Shown: positions 46,756 to 57,434 of the stretch, in pieces
How positions within the stretch are numbered: the first letter of the stretch is position 1
Layout: each line of letters opens with the position of its first letter
Assembly (NCBI GenBank): GCA_023256615.1
Contig: JAGDXO010000034.1
Location: 3,310 to 67,309 of the forward strand
Reading direction: 5' to 3'
DNA length: 64,000 bases
Origin: Thermoplasmata archaeon
GTDB taxonomy: Archaea > Thermoplasmatota > Thermoplasmata > Thermoplasmatales > GCA-001856825
The notes under the pieces: generated by a model
What the model was told of the DNA's origin: nothing
What the model saw: only the letters and a program-made list of their open reading frames with translations
Database searches by the model: none
Program-made: the position numbers and the translations under genes

Positions 46756-46774
46756 CTTTATTTTTAATTTTGAG

Positions 46775-48712
46775 TTAAGCTGTATTTACTGTCACCTGAC
46801 CTGTCGAAATGGATGATTCAAATTTTGAAAGCAGTGAAGCTTTTGACCTTGTTGGCGCCAGCACTAGTTTCAGTACCTCATTTATTGTCGTAACTGGATG
46901 TATTTGAATTCTCTGTTTCTTTGCTTCCTCCAGTACTATATCCTTTTCATTGCTTAGAGGAACTATCACGTTCTTGAATCCAGCTTCTATGGCAGCTTCT
47001 ACCTTTGCGGTTACGCCTCCAACTGGCAAAACCTGTCCCCTTACACTGAGGGAACCCGTCATGGCATAGGTCTGGTCCACAGGAATGCCTTCCATTGCCG
47101 AAACTATTGCGGTCGCAATTGTTATACTTGCAGAGTCACCCTCCACGCCTTCATAGCTGCCCACAAACTGTATATGAACGTCGTGATTGGCGATATCCTC
47201 GCCGGTGTATTTTTTGATAACGGCGGAAACATTCTGTACGGCCTCCTTTGCAATTTCTCCTAGTTTTCCTGTAGCGATTACCTTTCCACGATCCCTTTCC
47301 TGTGCAGGAGTTACTTCTGCAGCCACTGGCATTATTGTACCTGAGTATTCTGCCATACCTGAACCAGCGCTGAAAACGGCCAAACCATTCACTATACCTA
47401 TAGCAAATCCTTCATTTAGGAATGTCTGGTATGACTTGCCAGCTTCTATATGCTTATCTGCAATCTGCTGTTCTAAAGGTCTGGCCTTAACCTTTCCCCT
47501 AATAACGTGATCAGATGTTACAACGGTAGCTCCTTCAGCAACAGCAAGATCTCCAGCCACCCTTATTAGTCCCCCCATCTCTCTAAGTCTTAAAGTGATT
47601 TTTCCTTTTCTTCCGGCTCTCTTCTGAGCCTCTCTAATGATTTCAGCAACAGCGGTATAATCAAAAGGAGGGATTTTCTTATCCTTGGAAACTTCCTGTG
47701 CTACAAATCTTATCAATTTCTTCCTGTTTTCCTCATTATCATCCATTACTGTATTCATATAAACCTCATACCCGTAACCCCTGATCCTTGACCTGAGGGC
47801 AGGATGCATTCCCTGAAGGGCATCCAAATTTCCTGCAGCAACAAGAACATAGTCGCACGGAACTGGTTCAGTCTGGACTAAAGCTCCTGCCGATCTCTCA
47901 CTCTGACCTGAAATAGAATATTTCTTTTCCTGCATTGCTGTAAGGAGGCTTTGCTGACTCTCCATCCTCAGCATGTTTATTTCATCAATGAAAAGGACAC
48001 CTTTGTTGGCCTTGTGAATATTACCTGCTTCAACCCTAAGATGAGGTGGTGTTTCAAGACCGCCTGACTGGAAAGGGTCATGTCTCACATCACCAAGTAA
48101 AGCACCGGCTTGAGCACCCGTTGAGTCTATAAATGGCGGATTATCATTCTTGTCATGTCCAACAAGTAATTTCGGGACCATTGTCTTATCTTCCCTGGAT
48201 ATCGGACCCATATTCAGAGCTATAAATAGGAAAGCTGCTGCCATTATTGAGAGAAATATTGGTGTCGCATCAATGCTGTGATTTGAAGGATAATTTATGA
48301 AAGCAAAAATAATTCCCAGTATTATTATGAAGAAAACGAGAATTCTCACGCCTCTCTGTTTCTCTACCTTCTCTGCATCAGCTCTCTTCTGATAATCCTT
48401 GACTATCTCCTTCCCCTTTCCTGCGGGAACTGTAACTACCTTTGGTCTGTTCGGATCATCCGGATTATGAAAGACCAGAATATCCTCCAGTTCTTCCTTA
48501 GGAAGAAAATCAACCATCGACTGGGCAAGCATAGATTTACCAGTCCCCGGTTCTCCTATAAGGATTACGTGCCTCTTCTGTTTCGCAGCTCTTTTAATTA
48601 CCTCAACACCCTGATCCTGGCCAATAACCTGGTCAATCAGCTTATCCGGTATCTTAATGTCATTAGTGGTATTAACTCCCTGTGACTTAACCCATTCTTG
48701 TAATTCATCCAT
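46775..48712 (-). CDS. lonB: archaeal membrane-bound Lon protease (LonB)
   Basis: Walker A GEPGTGKS, two TM helices inserted in the AAA+ module, Walker B FIDEIN, and a C-terminal Ser-Lys protease domain (GVEGDSASITIATAI). Confidence 0.92.
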   Translation of the reverse strand: MDELQEWVKSQGVNTTNDIKIPDKLIDQVIGQDQGVEVIKRAAKQKRHVILIGEPGTGKSMLAQSMVDFLPKEELEDILVFHNPDDPNRPKVVTVPAGKGKEIVKDYQKRADAEKVEKQRGVRILVFFIIILGIIFAFINYPSNHSIDATPIFLSIMAAAFLFIALNMGPISREDKTMVPKLLVGHDKNDNPPFIDSTGAQAGALLGDVRHDPFQSGGLETPPHLRVEAGNIHKANKGVLFIDEINMLRMESQQSLLTAMQEKKYSISGQSERSAGALVQTEPVPCDYVLVAAGNLDALQGMHPALRSRIRGYGYEVYMNTVMDDNEENRKKLIRFVAQEVSKDKKIPPFDYTAVAEIIREAQKRAGRKGKITLRLREMGGLIRVAGDLAVAEGATVVTSDHVIRGKVKARPLEQQIADKHIEAGKSYQTFLNEGFAIGIVNGLAVFSAGSGMAEYSGTIMPVAAEVTPAQERDRGKVIATGKLGEIAKEAVQNVSAVIKKYTGEDIANHDVHIQFVGSYEGVEGDSASITIATAIVSAMEGIPVDQTYAMTGSLSVRGQVLPVGGVTAKVEAAIEAGFKNVIVPLSNEKDIVLEEAKKQRIQIHPVTTINEVLKLVLAPTRSKASLLSKFESSISTGQVTVNTA

Positions 48713-48802
48713 TCGCGCTCAAAGTGAAATTTAATAATTAAGTGTTTTGATTAATTTCATAACTAATTAGTATTACATATTTATTACGCCCTAAATCAAT
48801 CT

Positions 48803-50023
48803 ATGAATGAAAATTTAAAAGGAATCATTGGAAAATATACGAGTTTTAGTGATGAAAGTTACAGACTTATAAGACTTCAGTTCATATATGGACTTTCCAG
48901 CGGAATATTTGGATTTCTTTTTATTTTTTATTTGAGTTTTTTTGGATATTCTCCTCTTGAATATGGTCTCTTGATCTCGGTGCAGGGCATAGCATACATT
49001 GTCTCTATCGTCCCATCTGGAGTTTACGCATCCAGAATAGGGGCAAAGAGAATGATAATTCTGGGAATAATTGTTGATATGTTAGCATATCCTATGCTTT
49101 CGTTCGTATCCTATTTTTATATCCTTGTTTTAGCTTCAGCCTTAATTGGTTTATCGAGCTCTTTCGTTAATTCAAGTTTTTCTTCTCTAATATCGAAATC
49201 TGCGGATGAATCTATTCGAAAATATGTTTTTTCTCTCTCATCTTTCTTCGGACTCATAGGAAATACAATAGGAAATCTTATGGGAGGTATTCTGCCGGAG
49301 ATTGGAGTCGTCGCTGGATCTAAGACCCTTGGATACAGAATGCTACCATTCTTGCTTTTGTTTCTGATACTCCTGGCACTACTTATCTCAATCAGGATAA
49401 AACTTGATATTAAATTGAGAAAAAAAGAGCAGAGGCCAAAGTTAGATAGTAAAACAAGTAAATTGATCCTGAAACTTATAATACCGGCTTCTTTAATTGG
49501 ATTTGGTGCGGGATTTCTTATCCCTTACTTTCAATTGCAGTTCAAGTATAGATTCAATATCAATGTTGAATCTATTTCCTTTATTTTCGCACTTACAAAT
49601 CTTGTTATGGCTTTTGTTATACTATTTGTACCCTTTATAGCTGAAAGAAGAGGATCAGTATTCACTATAGTGATATTCCAGTCTCTCGCAACCCTTACGC
49701 TTCTTATAATGCCTTTTATAGGTGGGTTAAGGGGCATAGGTCTTTCTTTGTTTACTTCCCTCTATATTTTCAGGACGTTGATGATGAATGTATCTAATCC
49801 AGTTCAGACTTCATTTGAACTCTCTCTTATCCCAGAGGAGCACAGACCTTTTATGAGTAGTCTTGTTTCATTTTCCTGGACTGGACTTAACTCAGTTTCA
49901 ACACTGGTAGGAGGATACCTTATAATGATATCACTAAATACTCCATTCTACATAACTGCATCCTTCTACTTTACGAGTTCAGTTCTTTACATCGCATTCT
50001 TTGGAAAGATGAAGATGAGATGA
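48803..50023 (+). CDS. MFS transporter
   Basis: About 12 TM helices in two halves separated by a basic loop (KLRKKEQRPK). Substrate unknown. Confidence 0.7.
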   Translation: MNENLKGIIGKYTSFSDESYRLIRLQFIYGLSSGIFGFLFIFYLSFFGYSPLEYGLLISVQGIAYIVSIVPSGVYASRIGAKRMIILGIIVDMLAYPMLSFVSYFYILVLASALIGLSSSFVNSSFSSLISKSADESIRKYVFSLSSFFGLIGNTIGNLMGGILPEIGVVAGSKTLGYRMLPFLLLFLILLALLISIRIKLDIKLRKKEQRPKLDSKTSKLILKLIIPASLIGFGAGFLIPYFQLQFKYRFNINVESISFIFALTNLVMAFVILFVPFIAERRGSVFTIVIFQSLATLTLLIMPFIGGLRGIGLSLFTSLYIFRTLMMNVSNPVQTSFELSLIPEEHRPFMSSLVSFSWTGLNSVSTLVGGYLIMISLNTPFYITASFYFTSSVLYIAFFGKMKMR

Positions 50024-50052
50024 TTATTTTAATCCAAAAAACATCACTGTAT

Positions 50053-50856
50053 ATGATTATTGATGGAAAAATCGTATCTAAAAAAATTATGGAGGATATT
50101 AAAGAAAGATTAAAAAATGGACCTAAAATTATGGTTGCTGCTATTGCCTACAAAGAGGATAAGGAATCTATAGTTTATTTTAACAGCATTAAAAGAAATG
50201 CGGAAAAGGCTGGGATAGGTTTCAATCTGCTGGAAATTGAAGGGAAAGATTTGATAGAAAAAATTAATGAATTGAATGATGACAGTTCAGTAACTGGCAT
50301 CATAGTGGGAAGGCCGTTTCCCCCAGGGATAACAAATGAAATTGTCTCTCTTGCCCTCAATCCTGACAAGGATATAGACTGTGTCACCCCCCATAACCTC
50401 GGGCTCCTGAATTTCAATATCAATAGTATAGCACCTGCAACCCCGAAAGCCACAATAGATATTCTTGAACAGAATGGTATAAGCCTGAAGGGAAAAAATG
50501 TGCTTGTAATTAACAGATCAGTTACAGTTGGAAGACCTCTTGTCAATCTGTTACTCAACAGAGATGCTACTGTTACAATAGCTCATTCAAAAACTTCTAA
50601 TATGGAAAAAATGATAGAAGACAATGATATTATTATTCTTGCTGTAGGCAAAGCTGGATATCTTAAGTCGTCATCGATAAAGGGTAAAAAAATAATAGTC
50701 GATGTCGGAATAAATGTTGTTGGTGACAGAATTGTTGGGGATTTTGAAAATGATGCGCAGAGAGAAGATATTGACTATACGCCTGTCCCAGGAGGGGTAG
50801 GTTCCGTTACCAGTGCTGAGATTCTAAAAAATGCTTTAGACATAGTGAACCTTTAA
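50053..50856 (+). CDS. folD: bifunctional methylenetetrahydrofolate dehydrogenase/cyclohydrolase FolD
   Basis: IIDGK..S, TGIIV..P.P, the INRS..VGRPL..LL NAD(P) site, and PVPGGVGSVT. An internal ATG at 50053 was preferred over the ORF-track start at 50020. Confidence 0.88.
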   Translation: MIIDGKIVSKKIMEDIKERLKNGPKIMVAAIAYKEDKESIVYFNSIKRNAEKAGIGFNLLEIEGKDLIEKINELNDDSSVTGIIVGRPFPPGITNEIVSLALNPDKDIDCVTPHNLGLLNFNINSIAPATPKATIDILEQNGISLKGKNVLVINRSVTVGRPLVNLLLNRDATVTIAHSKTSNMEKMIEDNDIIILAVGKAGYLKSSSIKGKKIIVDVGINVVGDRIVGDFENDAQREDIDYTPVPGGVGSVTSAEILKNALDIVNL

Positions 50857-50906
50857 TAAGATTTATTAATGGAATATCCATACCTTACGGCCTAGGTGCA
50901 TATTAA

Positions 50907-51263
50907 ATGGGTGTCGATCAAAAGGAAGCCAGACAAAAATTGGCTAATGCGATGAAAAAACTGGCTAAGGAGAATGATTCAAGGTTCTGGAAAGATATAG
51001 CTGAAAGACTTGAAAAATCAAAAGACAGGATTGTAGAAGTTAATGTCGGAAGGATTTCAAGGTATGCGGGGACAGGGGACACAGTTGTTGTTCCTGGAGT
51101 GGTCTTGGGATCTGGGGACATTGATGAGCCAATCAATGTGGCCGCTCTTTACTTCAGTGAAACAGCAAGGAAAAAAATCATTGAAGCAGGAGGTAGAATT
51201 TTGAGCCTTGAAGATCTGATGAATGAGAATTCAAAGGGAAGTAATATTAAAATTATGGGGTAG
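50907..51263 (+). CDS. rpl18e: 50S ribosomal protein L18e
   Basis: W.DIAERL......R..VNVGRISRY...GDTVVVPG.VLG.G.I...INVAAL.FS..A..KI..AGG matches L18e. Confidence 0.9.
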   Translation: MGVDQKEARQKLANAMKKLAKENDSRFWKDIAERLEKSKDRIVEVNVGRISRYAGTGDTVVVPGVVLGSGDIDEPINVAALYFSETARKKIIEAGGRILSLEDLMNENSKGSNIKIMG

Positions 51264-51270
51264 ATGATTG

Positions 51271-51702
51271 ATGAGAGTTATTGATGGATCAAACATGGTT
51301 CTTGGAAGATTCTGTTCCTATGTTGCAAAGGAACTTTTAGAGAAACAGGATGAGATTGTTATAGTAAATGCTGAAAAAGCAACTGTAACTGGAAGAAAAG
51401 GTTATACCATTGGCAGATACAAAATGGAAAGAGATGTTGGTTCAGTCAGGAAAGGTCCAAGGTTTCCTAAGGAGCCCGATAGAATTCTGAGGAGAACTGT
51501 CAGGGGAATGTTACCGATGAAAACGACAAGAGGGAAGGATGCTTTTAAGAAGCTAAAGGTATTTATTGGAGTGCCAAAAGAATATGCTGAGGTAGCTATT
51601 GAAAAGCACGATGAATTTAAGAATAAACACGTCTCAAATGTTTTAAGCCTGTACGACATATCGAAGGAACTTGGGTCAAAGGTGAGAATAGATGGTAATT
51701 GA
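51271..51702 (+). CDS. rpl13: 50S ribosomal protein L13 (uL13)
   Basis: VIDG.N.VLGR..S.VAK.LL.....IVNAEKA..TG, at the conserved position after L18e. The ATG at 51271 follows the TTG at 51268. Confidence 0.9.
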   Translation: MRVIDGSNMVLGRFCSYVAKELLEKQDEIVIVNAEKATVTGRKGYTIGRYKMERDVGSVRKGPRFPKEPDRILRRTVRGMLPMKTTRGKDAFKKLKVFIGVPKEYAEVAIEKHDEFKNKHVSNVLSLYDISKELGSKVRIDGN

Positions 51703-52087
51703 AACGAGCGGAGCCAGAAAGACTGCAGTCGCAAGGGCAACAATACAGGAGGGCAATGGTAGAATCAGAATAAATGGTGTTCCTGTTGAAATTTTTGAAC
51801 CTGAACTTGCCAGGCTTAAACTCCTTGAGCCCATTACTTTAGCTGGAGAGAGAGTCAGTAAGGTTGATATCAATGTTAGAACACGTGGGGGCGGAGTTAT
51901 TGGCCAGGCAGAAGCTGCAAGAACTGCTATTTCAAGGGCTCTCATTGAATTTTTCAAAGATCAAGACCTCGAGAAAATTTATAAAGAGTATGATAGGACG
52001 TTGCTAGTTAATGATGTTAGGAAGAAACTTCCTAAAAAGCCTGGAGGAAAAGGAGCCAGGAAAAAGAGACAGAAATCATATAGGTGA
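51692..52087 (+). CDS. rps9: 30S ribosomal protein S9 (uS9)
   Basis: [10 protein letters not shown]....G.G.I.ING, V.V.GGG..GQA.A.R.AI.RAL, and the C-terminal [17 protein letters not shown]. Confidence 0.92.
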   Translation: MVIETSGARKTAVARATIQEGNGRIRINGVPVEIFEPELARLKLLEPITLAGERVSKVDINVRTRGGGVIGQAEAARTAISRALIEFFKDQDLEKIYKEYDRTLLVNDVRKKLPKKPGGKGARKKRQKSYR

Positions 52088-52095
52088 TTTTAAAG

Positions 52096-52317
52096 ATGAT
52101 AATACCCATAAGGTGTTTCAGTTGTGGAAGGGTCATAGCTTCAGATTATGTAAAATTCAAAGCACAAATTGACGGAATAAGGACAAAGGAGGGTAGAGAT
52201 CCTACCCCCGAGGAAATCTCAAAAACTCTTGACGACCTTAATGTAACAAGATATTGCTGCAGAAGAATGATTCTTTCAAACGCTGAACTCCTTCAAGAAA
52301 TAATGCCCTTCGACTAA
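52096..52317 (+). CDS. rpoN: DNA-directed RNA polymerase subunit N (Rpo10)
   Basis: MIIPIRCFSCG...RYCCRRM zinc-binding pattern. The ORF-track start at 52084 is GTG; the ATG is at 52096. Confidence 0.9.
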   Translation: MIIPIRCFSCGRVIASDYVKFKAQIDGIRTKEGRDPTPEEISKTLDDLNVTRYCCRRMILSNAELLQEIMPFD

Positions 52318-52318
52318 T

Positions 52319-52393
52319 GGGACCGTAGGGTAGATTGGACCATCCTACCAGCTTGGGGTGTTGGTGACCCGAGTTCAAATCTCGGCGGTCCCA
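52319..52393 (+). tRNA. tRNA-Pro (anticodon GGG)
   Basis: Acceptor GGGACCG/CGGTCCC, anticodon stem CCAGC/GTTGG, loop TTGGGGT, T-arm CCGAG-TTCAAAT-CTCGG and discriminator A. It starts 1 nt after the rpoN stop. Confidence 0.88.
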
Positions 52394-52402
52394 TCTGTAT
52401 TA

Positions 52403-52407
52403 TTTTT
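52403..52407 (+). terminator. oligo-T tract 3' of tRNA-Pro and the r-protein operon
   Basis: A T5 run 10 nt after the tRNA end, followed by a long AT-rich non-coding stretch. Confidence 0.35.
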
Positions 52408-52528
52408 GACAATTACTGGAATTTTCCACAGATTTTCTTTACCGAGGGTTAAAAGCATAACACATTTCTCCCTTAAAAAACATTTCGAAATTCTAAAATT
52501 ACAATTTTAATAATATCATCAGATAAGC

Positions 52529-52735
52529 TTAAAGCCAAACTTCCCTGTTTAAGATGCTTTGGACCTTAGACAGCTTCAGGTCTGCAATAAGAAGATTTTC
52601 CTTGAAAATCATTACCACGTCATCAAATATTTCATAGTCATTCCCATATATCCTAATATTTTCATATACTTCTATCCAATTTTGCTTACTCTTTATAAAT
52701 TTGCTTTCAAATTCTTCTTTATTCATTTTTATCAA
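52529..52735 (-). CDS. orphan 68-aa hypothetical protein
   Basis: The only ORF of at least 60 aa in a ~680-bp low-coding stretch. No recognisable motif, and coding status is uncertain. Confidence 0.25.
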   Translation of the reverse strand: MIKMNKEEFESKFIKSKQNWIEVYENIRIYGNDYEIFDDVVMIFKENLLIADLKLSKVQSILNREVWL

Positions 52736-53076
52736 CCTTTATCTTTTTAATGACGCTTGAATTTGTATTATTTATTCGTATTTTAATTTTTCTTATTGCA
52801 TCATTCTTCCCCTTTAGTTAAATAATAATCTAGATTAAGTTGAGATTTCGGTCTTTTCTCCTTCTCCAAAAGAGATACCTTGTGTATACAAATCATTCTG
52901 ATTACTGATGATAAAGGCTTATGGATTGGTTGGAATTCTCGAATTTTTAAATCTATTTTAGACCACCTTTTTCTTTACTTTAAACTTAATGGATTAGTAT
53001 TAAGAAAAAATTTTTTCATAGGATTCTGATTTGTATAGACGTATCAAAATTTTTAGGTATAGATTTAAATAAATAA

Positions 53077-53724
53077 ATGTATTTAATAAATATGAGTTCC
53101 AGTAACTCGGATAATTCAAGGAGAGGTTACATAGATGCAATTTCTAGATTAATAATTTACATTGTAATATTTATACTAATATCGGCAGGTCTAACTTATC
53201 TAATAAATTATTTCCTTCCAAGATATGGAATATTTTTGGCTACTTATTACATATATATTAACGTATCACTGACTCTAATCCTCGGCTATCTTATAGTCAA
53301 AGCCTTTTCCGAGGTTATTTATCAGTTCTTGAAATTGAAGTATCCGGAGGATGTTGCAAGGGCCTTCAGGAATGTATTCCTTGTTATAGGAGTTGGAGCG
53401 CTTATCACTGTAATTGCGGGAGAGGTGGGAGGAGGTCTTGCTGGGGTATCCGTAGGTGGTTTTCTCGGTATAGTAATAGGTTTTGCAATGCAGCAGCCGC
53501 TAGGCCAAGCTATTGCAGGGTTATTCATTTTAGTAGCGAGGCCATTCAAAATAAATGATTATGTCACAATACTCGGTGATACTGGTACTGTCAGGGACGT
53601 TGGCATCTTATTCACAGAAGTTTTAAAGGACGATGGAACCAAGGTAGTAATTCCTAGCAATCTAATAATAGGAAACAAAGTATATATCGTGCCTAAACCT
53701 CAGGCACCACCAAAAGCTTCCTAG
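53077..53724 (+). CDS. small MscS-family mechanosensitive channel
   Basis: Three TM helices, the last Gly/Ala-rich (GGLAGVSVGGFLGIVIGFAMQ). A beta-domain follows (ARPFKINDYV...G.V.D.G...T). The start may be the ATG at 53092. Confidence 0.8.
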   Translation: MYLINMSSSNSDNSRRGYIDAISRLIIYIVIFILISAGLTYLINYFLPRYGIFLATYYIYINVSLTLILGYLIVKAFSEVIYQFLKLKYPEDVARAFRNVFLVIGVGALITVIAGEVGGGLAGVSVGGFLGIVIGFAMQQPLGQAIAGLFILVARPFKINDYVTILGDTGTVRDVGILFTEVLKDDGTKVVIPSNLIIGNKVYIVPKPQAPPKAS

Positions 53725-53814
53725 TGCGAAATTATATTTATTAATTCTTATATATTGATAAAATTTCATTTGTAAAATTTTAGATATTATTACGCTATTT
53801 GGTTTCGATAAGTC

Positions 53815-54270
53815 ATGGTAAAGGTCTTAATGGAAACAACTATGGGAAATATAAAAATAGAATTATTTGAAGATATGCCTATCACGACAGGAAATTTCAA
53901 GAAATTGGTTGAAAAAGGTTTCTACAATGGAGTGATCTTTCATAGAGTCATACCGAAATTTATGATTCAGGGTGGGGACCCTACTGGGACAGGCATGGGG
54001 GGACCAGGATATACCATAAAAGATGAATTCAATAAAAAATATAGAAATGCTAGGGGGACTATTGCAATGGCTAATGCCGGCCCTAATACTGGTGGAAGCC
54101 AATTTTTCATCAATGTTGTGGATAATTTCTACTTGGATTCTAAACACCCAGTATTCGGAAAGGTAATAGAGGGAATGGATATTGTGGATTCTATTAGTAA
54201 TGTTAAAAGAGATAGAAATGATAAACCCATAACACCAGTCATAATGAAAAGTGTGAAGTTACTTCAATAG
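53815..54270 (+). CDS. cyclophilin-type peptidyl-prolyl cis-trans isomerase
   Basis: FHRVIPKFMIQGGDPTGTGMGGPGY, MANAGPNTGGSQFFI and HPVFGKV. Confidence 0.92.
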   Translation: MVKVLMETTMGNIKIELFEDMPITTGNFKKLVEKGFYNGVIFHRVIPKFMIQGGDPTGTGMGGPGYTIKDEFNKKYRNARGTIAMANAGPNTGGSQFFINVVDNFYLDSKHPVFGKVIEGMDIVDSISNVKRDRNDKPITPVIMKSVKLLQ

Positions 54271-54279
54271 TTGTTGAAA

Positions 54280-54759
54280 TTATATTTCCTTCTTCATTAT
54301 TATATTGGTTGTTTTAAATCCAAGTTTCTGATACATTTCTATGGCAGGTCTATTGTGACCGAATACGTGTAAAACGATTGAACTACTTCTGTTTATTTTG
54401 GCCATTTTTTCCAGTTCTTTCATTGCTGAATAGCCATAACCCATTCTCCTGAATTCTTTATAGATTACTATGTCCCATATGTAAGAAGAATCAAATTCTC
54501 TGTTTTTCCATTCCACCCATAATACCCCTACATTCTTTCCATTTTCCCTATCGATTATTGACATAACTGCGTGTCCTTTTGTATTTTTTCCATCTGGTAG
54601 GAGTTTATGAAAGGAGTTCTTAGATAATTCCATTGCTTCATTTTCCTTCCAGTTACCAGACCGGACCTTCTCTTTTGCATATTCTTCTATTGATTTCTCC
54701 ATATATGCGTTGAATTCATAATCACTGATGGGTTCAAGACTTACATTTCTAAATTCCAT
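54280..54759 (-). CDS. GNAT-family N-acetyltransferase
   Basis: Acetyl-CoA-binding motif I.KEFRRMGYGYSAMKELE and a C-terminal L.V...N..A...Y.K.GF. Confidence 0.8.
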   Translation of the reverse strand: MEFRNVSLEPISDYEFNAYMEKSIEEYAKEKVRSGNWKENEAMELSKNSFHKLLPDGKNTKGHAVMSIIDRENGKNVGVLWVEWKNREFDSSYIWDIVIYKEFRRMGYGYSAMKELEKMAKINRSSSIVLHVFGHNRPAIEMYQKLGFKTTNIIMKKEI

Positions 54760-54918
54760 TGATGTATTATTATTTGCAGATATTAAAACTTGAATATTTG
54801 TATTTACTTGTAACCTGAATTTCTAGAGATTTACACTATTACAAAGAACCCTTTAATACTCAAAATTAAATTTATCTTTTAATAAATTCAAATAAAATGA
54901 AATAATTATTTTCTATAT

Positions 54919-55938
54919 TTACAAGATTTTTTCAAAATCTCTATCCTGATTCTGCCTTTCGAGCATCCAGTTAGGATACATCTTCCTTCCGCCAGATACT
55001 TTATTTAGCCTGTCTTTCTGGCTAGAAGTCAGTTGAACTTCTATTGCAGCAATATTTTCCTGCAACTGTTCGAGTGTTTTCGCCCCTATTATTGCTACGT
55101 ATCCCTGGGAGATTATCCAGGAAAGGGCTATCTGTGAAGGTTTTACACCCTGTTCCTCTCCTATCTTAACTACTTCCTCCACTATCTTCCATCCTTGCTC
55201 CTCATCGAAATAAGGGAAGAAAAATCCTCTGTCACCCATCCGGCTTCCCTTTGGTGGCTTTTCACCTGGCCTATACTTTCCCGTAAGGATACCTCCATGG
55301 AGAGGACTCCATGACAAAAGAGTCATTTTACTGTATTTAAGATATGGTAACACTTCATACTCAATGTCCCTGTTGAGAAGACTGTAATTCATCTGGACAC
55401 TTTCATATCTTGCATAACCTCTTTCCTCGGCCCTTGATTGAAATTCAGCTATTTGCCATGCAGCAAAATTAGATATTGCGGGGTATATAACCTTCCCATT
55501 GTCCACAAAATTCTGCATGGAGTTTAATATCTCATCAATATTCCCGAAATCATCCCACCCATGATATTGATATATATCTATCCAATCTGTGCCAAGTCTT
55601 TCTAGACTCTTCCTTAGAGCAATTGAAATGTGGTGTCTTGAAAGACCTGTTTCATTTATCCCCTTTCCCATTCTTCCTCTTACCTTTGTTGCAACCATTA
55701 CCTGATCACGATATCCCTTCAGTGATTTCCCAAGCATTATTTCAGCATCGCCTGCATCATAGATGTCTGCCGTATCAAATAAATTGATTCCGTTATCAAT
55801 ACATAATTTCACCATCTTATCAGAGAGCTCCTGATTAACGCCGCCAAGATTCCATCTGTTCTTTTCTCCAAGAGTCATTGCTCCGAATGCCAAAACTGAA
55901 ACGAAAGATCCTGTATTTCCATATCTAACGTACTTCAT
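54919..55938 (-). CDS. aldo/keto reductase
   Basis: G...VS.L.FG.M, FDTADIY..G..E..LG, D.YQ.H and AL.W....G...IIG signatures. Confidence 0.88.
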   Translation of the reverse strand: MKYVRYGNTGSFVSVLAFGAMTLGEKNRWNLGGVNQELSDKMVKLCIDNGINLFDTADIYDAGDAEIMLGKSLKGYRDQVMVATKVRGRMGKGINETGLSRHHISIALRKSLERLGTDWIDIYQYHGWDDFGNIDEILNSMQNFVDNGKVIYPAISNFAAWQIAEFQSRAEERGYARYESVQMNYSLLNRDIEYEVLPYLKYSKMTLLSWSPLHGGILTGKYRPGEKPPKGSRMGDRGFFFPYFDEEQGWKIVEEVVKIGEEQGVKPSQIALSWIISQGYVAIIGAKTLEQLQENIAAIEVQLTSSQKDRLNKVSGGRKMYPNWMLERQNQDRDFEKIL

Positions 55939-55999
55939 GATCCATTATTTTAGAATAGAATATTAGCTTTACCTTTAAAAATTAAAATATTAAAAAAAG

Positions 56000-57367
56000 T
56001 TAAGATTCAATGAATACTTTATATGCATTGTATGCACTCCAGAGATCGAGCTTACTTACAAGTTCAAAGGGTGAGTGCATACTTATTAATCCTGGTCCCA
56101 TATCTATTACATTAAATCCATAACTTGCAAGGTATTTTGCAACTGTCCCTCCGCCACCTTCATCGACTTTTCCTAGGAGCCCGTACTGATAAATCACCTT
56201 CTTATCCTCAAACATTTTCCTGATCTCTGCCATGAATTCCGCCTGTGCTTCACTTGCTCCATATTTCCCGCCGGATCCAGTGTATTTCATAATAAGTATC
56301 CCGTTACCAGCCTTTCCGGCATTACCCATATCGTGAACATTTTTGAAAAGTGGGTTGACTGCTGCACCTACATCAGCACTTATTACTTTGGATCTATGCA
56401 TTATTTCTAGCAATTTACCATATGTGTAGTTTTTGCCAGATTTTTCTAGGATGTTTACGAGAACATATTCGATGAAATTGGACTGAGCTCCAACATTCCC
56501 GTCGCTTCCAATCTCTTCCTTGTCGTAAAGTATTACTATTACGTTCCCATTGCTTTTAGCATCAAACAATGCCCTGGAAGCGGTATATGAGCATATCTTG
56601 TCGTCCTGGCCATAGGCACCTATCATTGCAGCATCAATACCTACATCTCTTGGTCCTTCGGCAGGGACTACCTCAAGGTCAGCTGAATAGAAATCATCCT
56701 CATCTATTCCGTATCTTTCTTTCATCAGGGCAAGGAAATGTTTCTTGAAAGCATTTTCCTTCTCATTCTTGTCCGGTATATGGGAAACTATTATCTCCAT
56801 CTTTTCTCCTTCAAATCCTTCAAGAAGTTTCTTTTCCCCCTGCTCCTTTCTCGATAGATGCGGTAGAAGATCTGGAATTGAGAAAACTGGATCATTTTCG
56901 TTCTCCCCTATTTTAATTTCAATTTTCTTACCCTGCTTAGTTACTACAAGCCCATGAAGTGCCATAGGTCTGCTGAACCACTGATATTTCTTAATTCCTC
57001 CATAGTAATGCGTCTTCATAAGAACAAAATGTGATTCCTTATCCTCTTCTAAGGGATGTGGCTTCACATCCAATCTTGGGGAATCCATGTGGGCCGCTAT
57101 GACCTTGTAATCTGCAAATGGATCTTTGCCAAGATGGACTAAAGCTATTGCCTTCTCATTTTTTACCACATAGTATTTACCACCGGGAACGACCTTCCCA
57201 TTCATCTCCTTAAAACCATTTTCTTCTGCCATTTTCCTGAAAAATTTCACAGCCTCCCTCTCTGTTTTCACTTCACCTATAAATTTCTTGTATTCTTCAG
57301 AGAATTCAAAAATCTTTTTCTTTTCTGATTCATTAATTAGATTCCATCCTATTTTTTCCTCTGTCAT
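56000..57367 (-). CDS. M18-family aminopeptidase
   Basis: AAHMDSPRLDVKP, DKEEIGS, and a C-terminal ID.G....SMHSP.E are typical of M18 (aminopeptidase I / ApeA-like) enzymes. Confidence 0.8.
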   Translation of the reverse strand: MTEEKIGWNLINESEKKKIFEFSEEYKKFIGEVKTEREAVKFFRKMAEENGFKEMNGKVVPGGKYYVVKNEKAIALVHLGKDPFADYKVIAAHMDSPRLDVKPHPLEEDKESHFVLMKTHYYGGIKKYQWFSRPMALHGLVVTKQGKKIEIKIGENENDPVFSIPDLLPHLSRKEQGEKKLLEGFEGEKMEIIVSHIPDKNEKENAFKKHFLALMKERYGIDEDDFYSADLEVVPAEGPRDVGIDAAMIGAYGQDDKICSYTASRALFDAKSNGNVIVILYDKEEIGSDGNVGAQSNFIEYVLVNILEKSGKNYTYGKLLEIMHRSKVISADVGAAVNPLFKNVHDMGNAGKAGNGILIMKYTGSGGKYGASEAQAEFMAEIRKMFEDKKVIYQYGLLGKVDEGGGGTVAKYLASYGFNVIDMGPGLISMHSPFELVSKLDLWSAYNAYKVFIES

Positions 57368-57434
57368 AAAGATATCACCATCATATAGCGCTACTGCTTA
57401 CTAAAATTTTTTGAAAAAGAAAAAAATATTGAAT

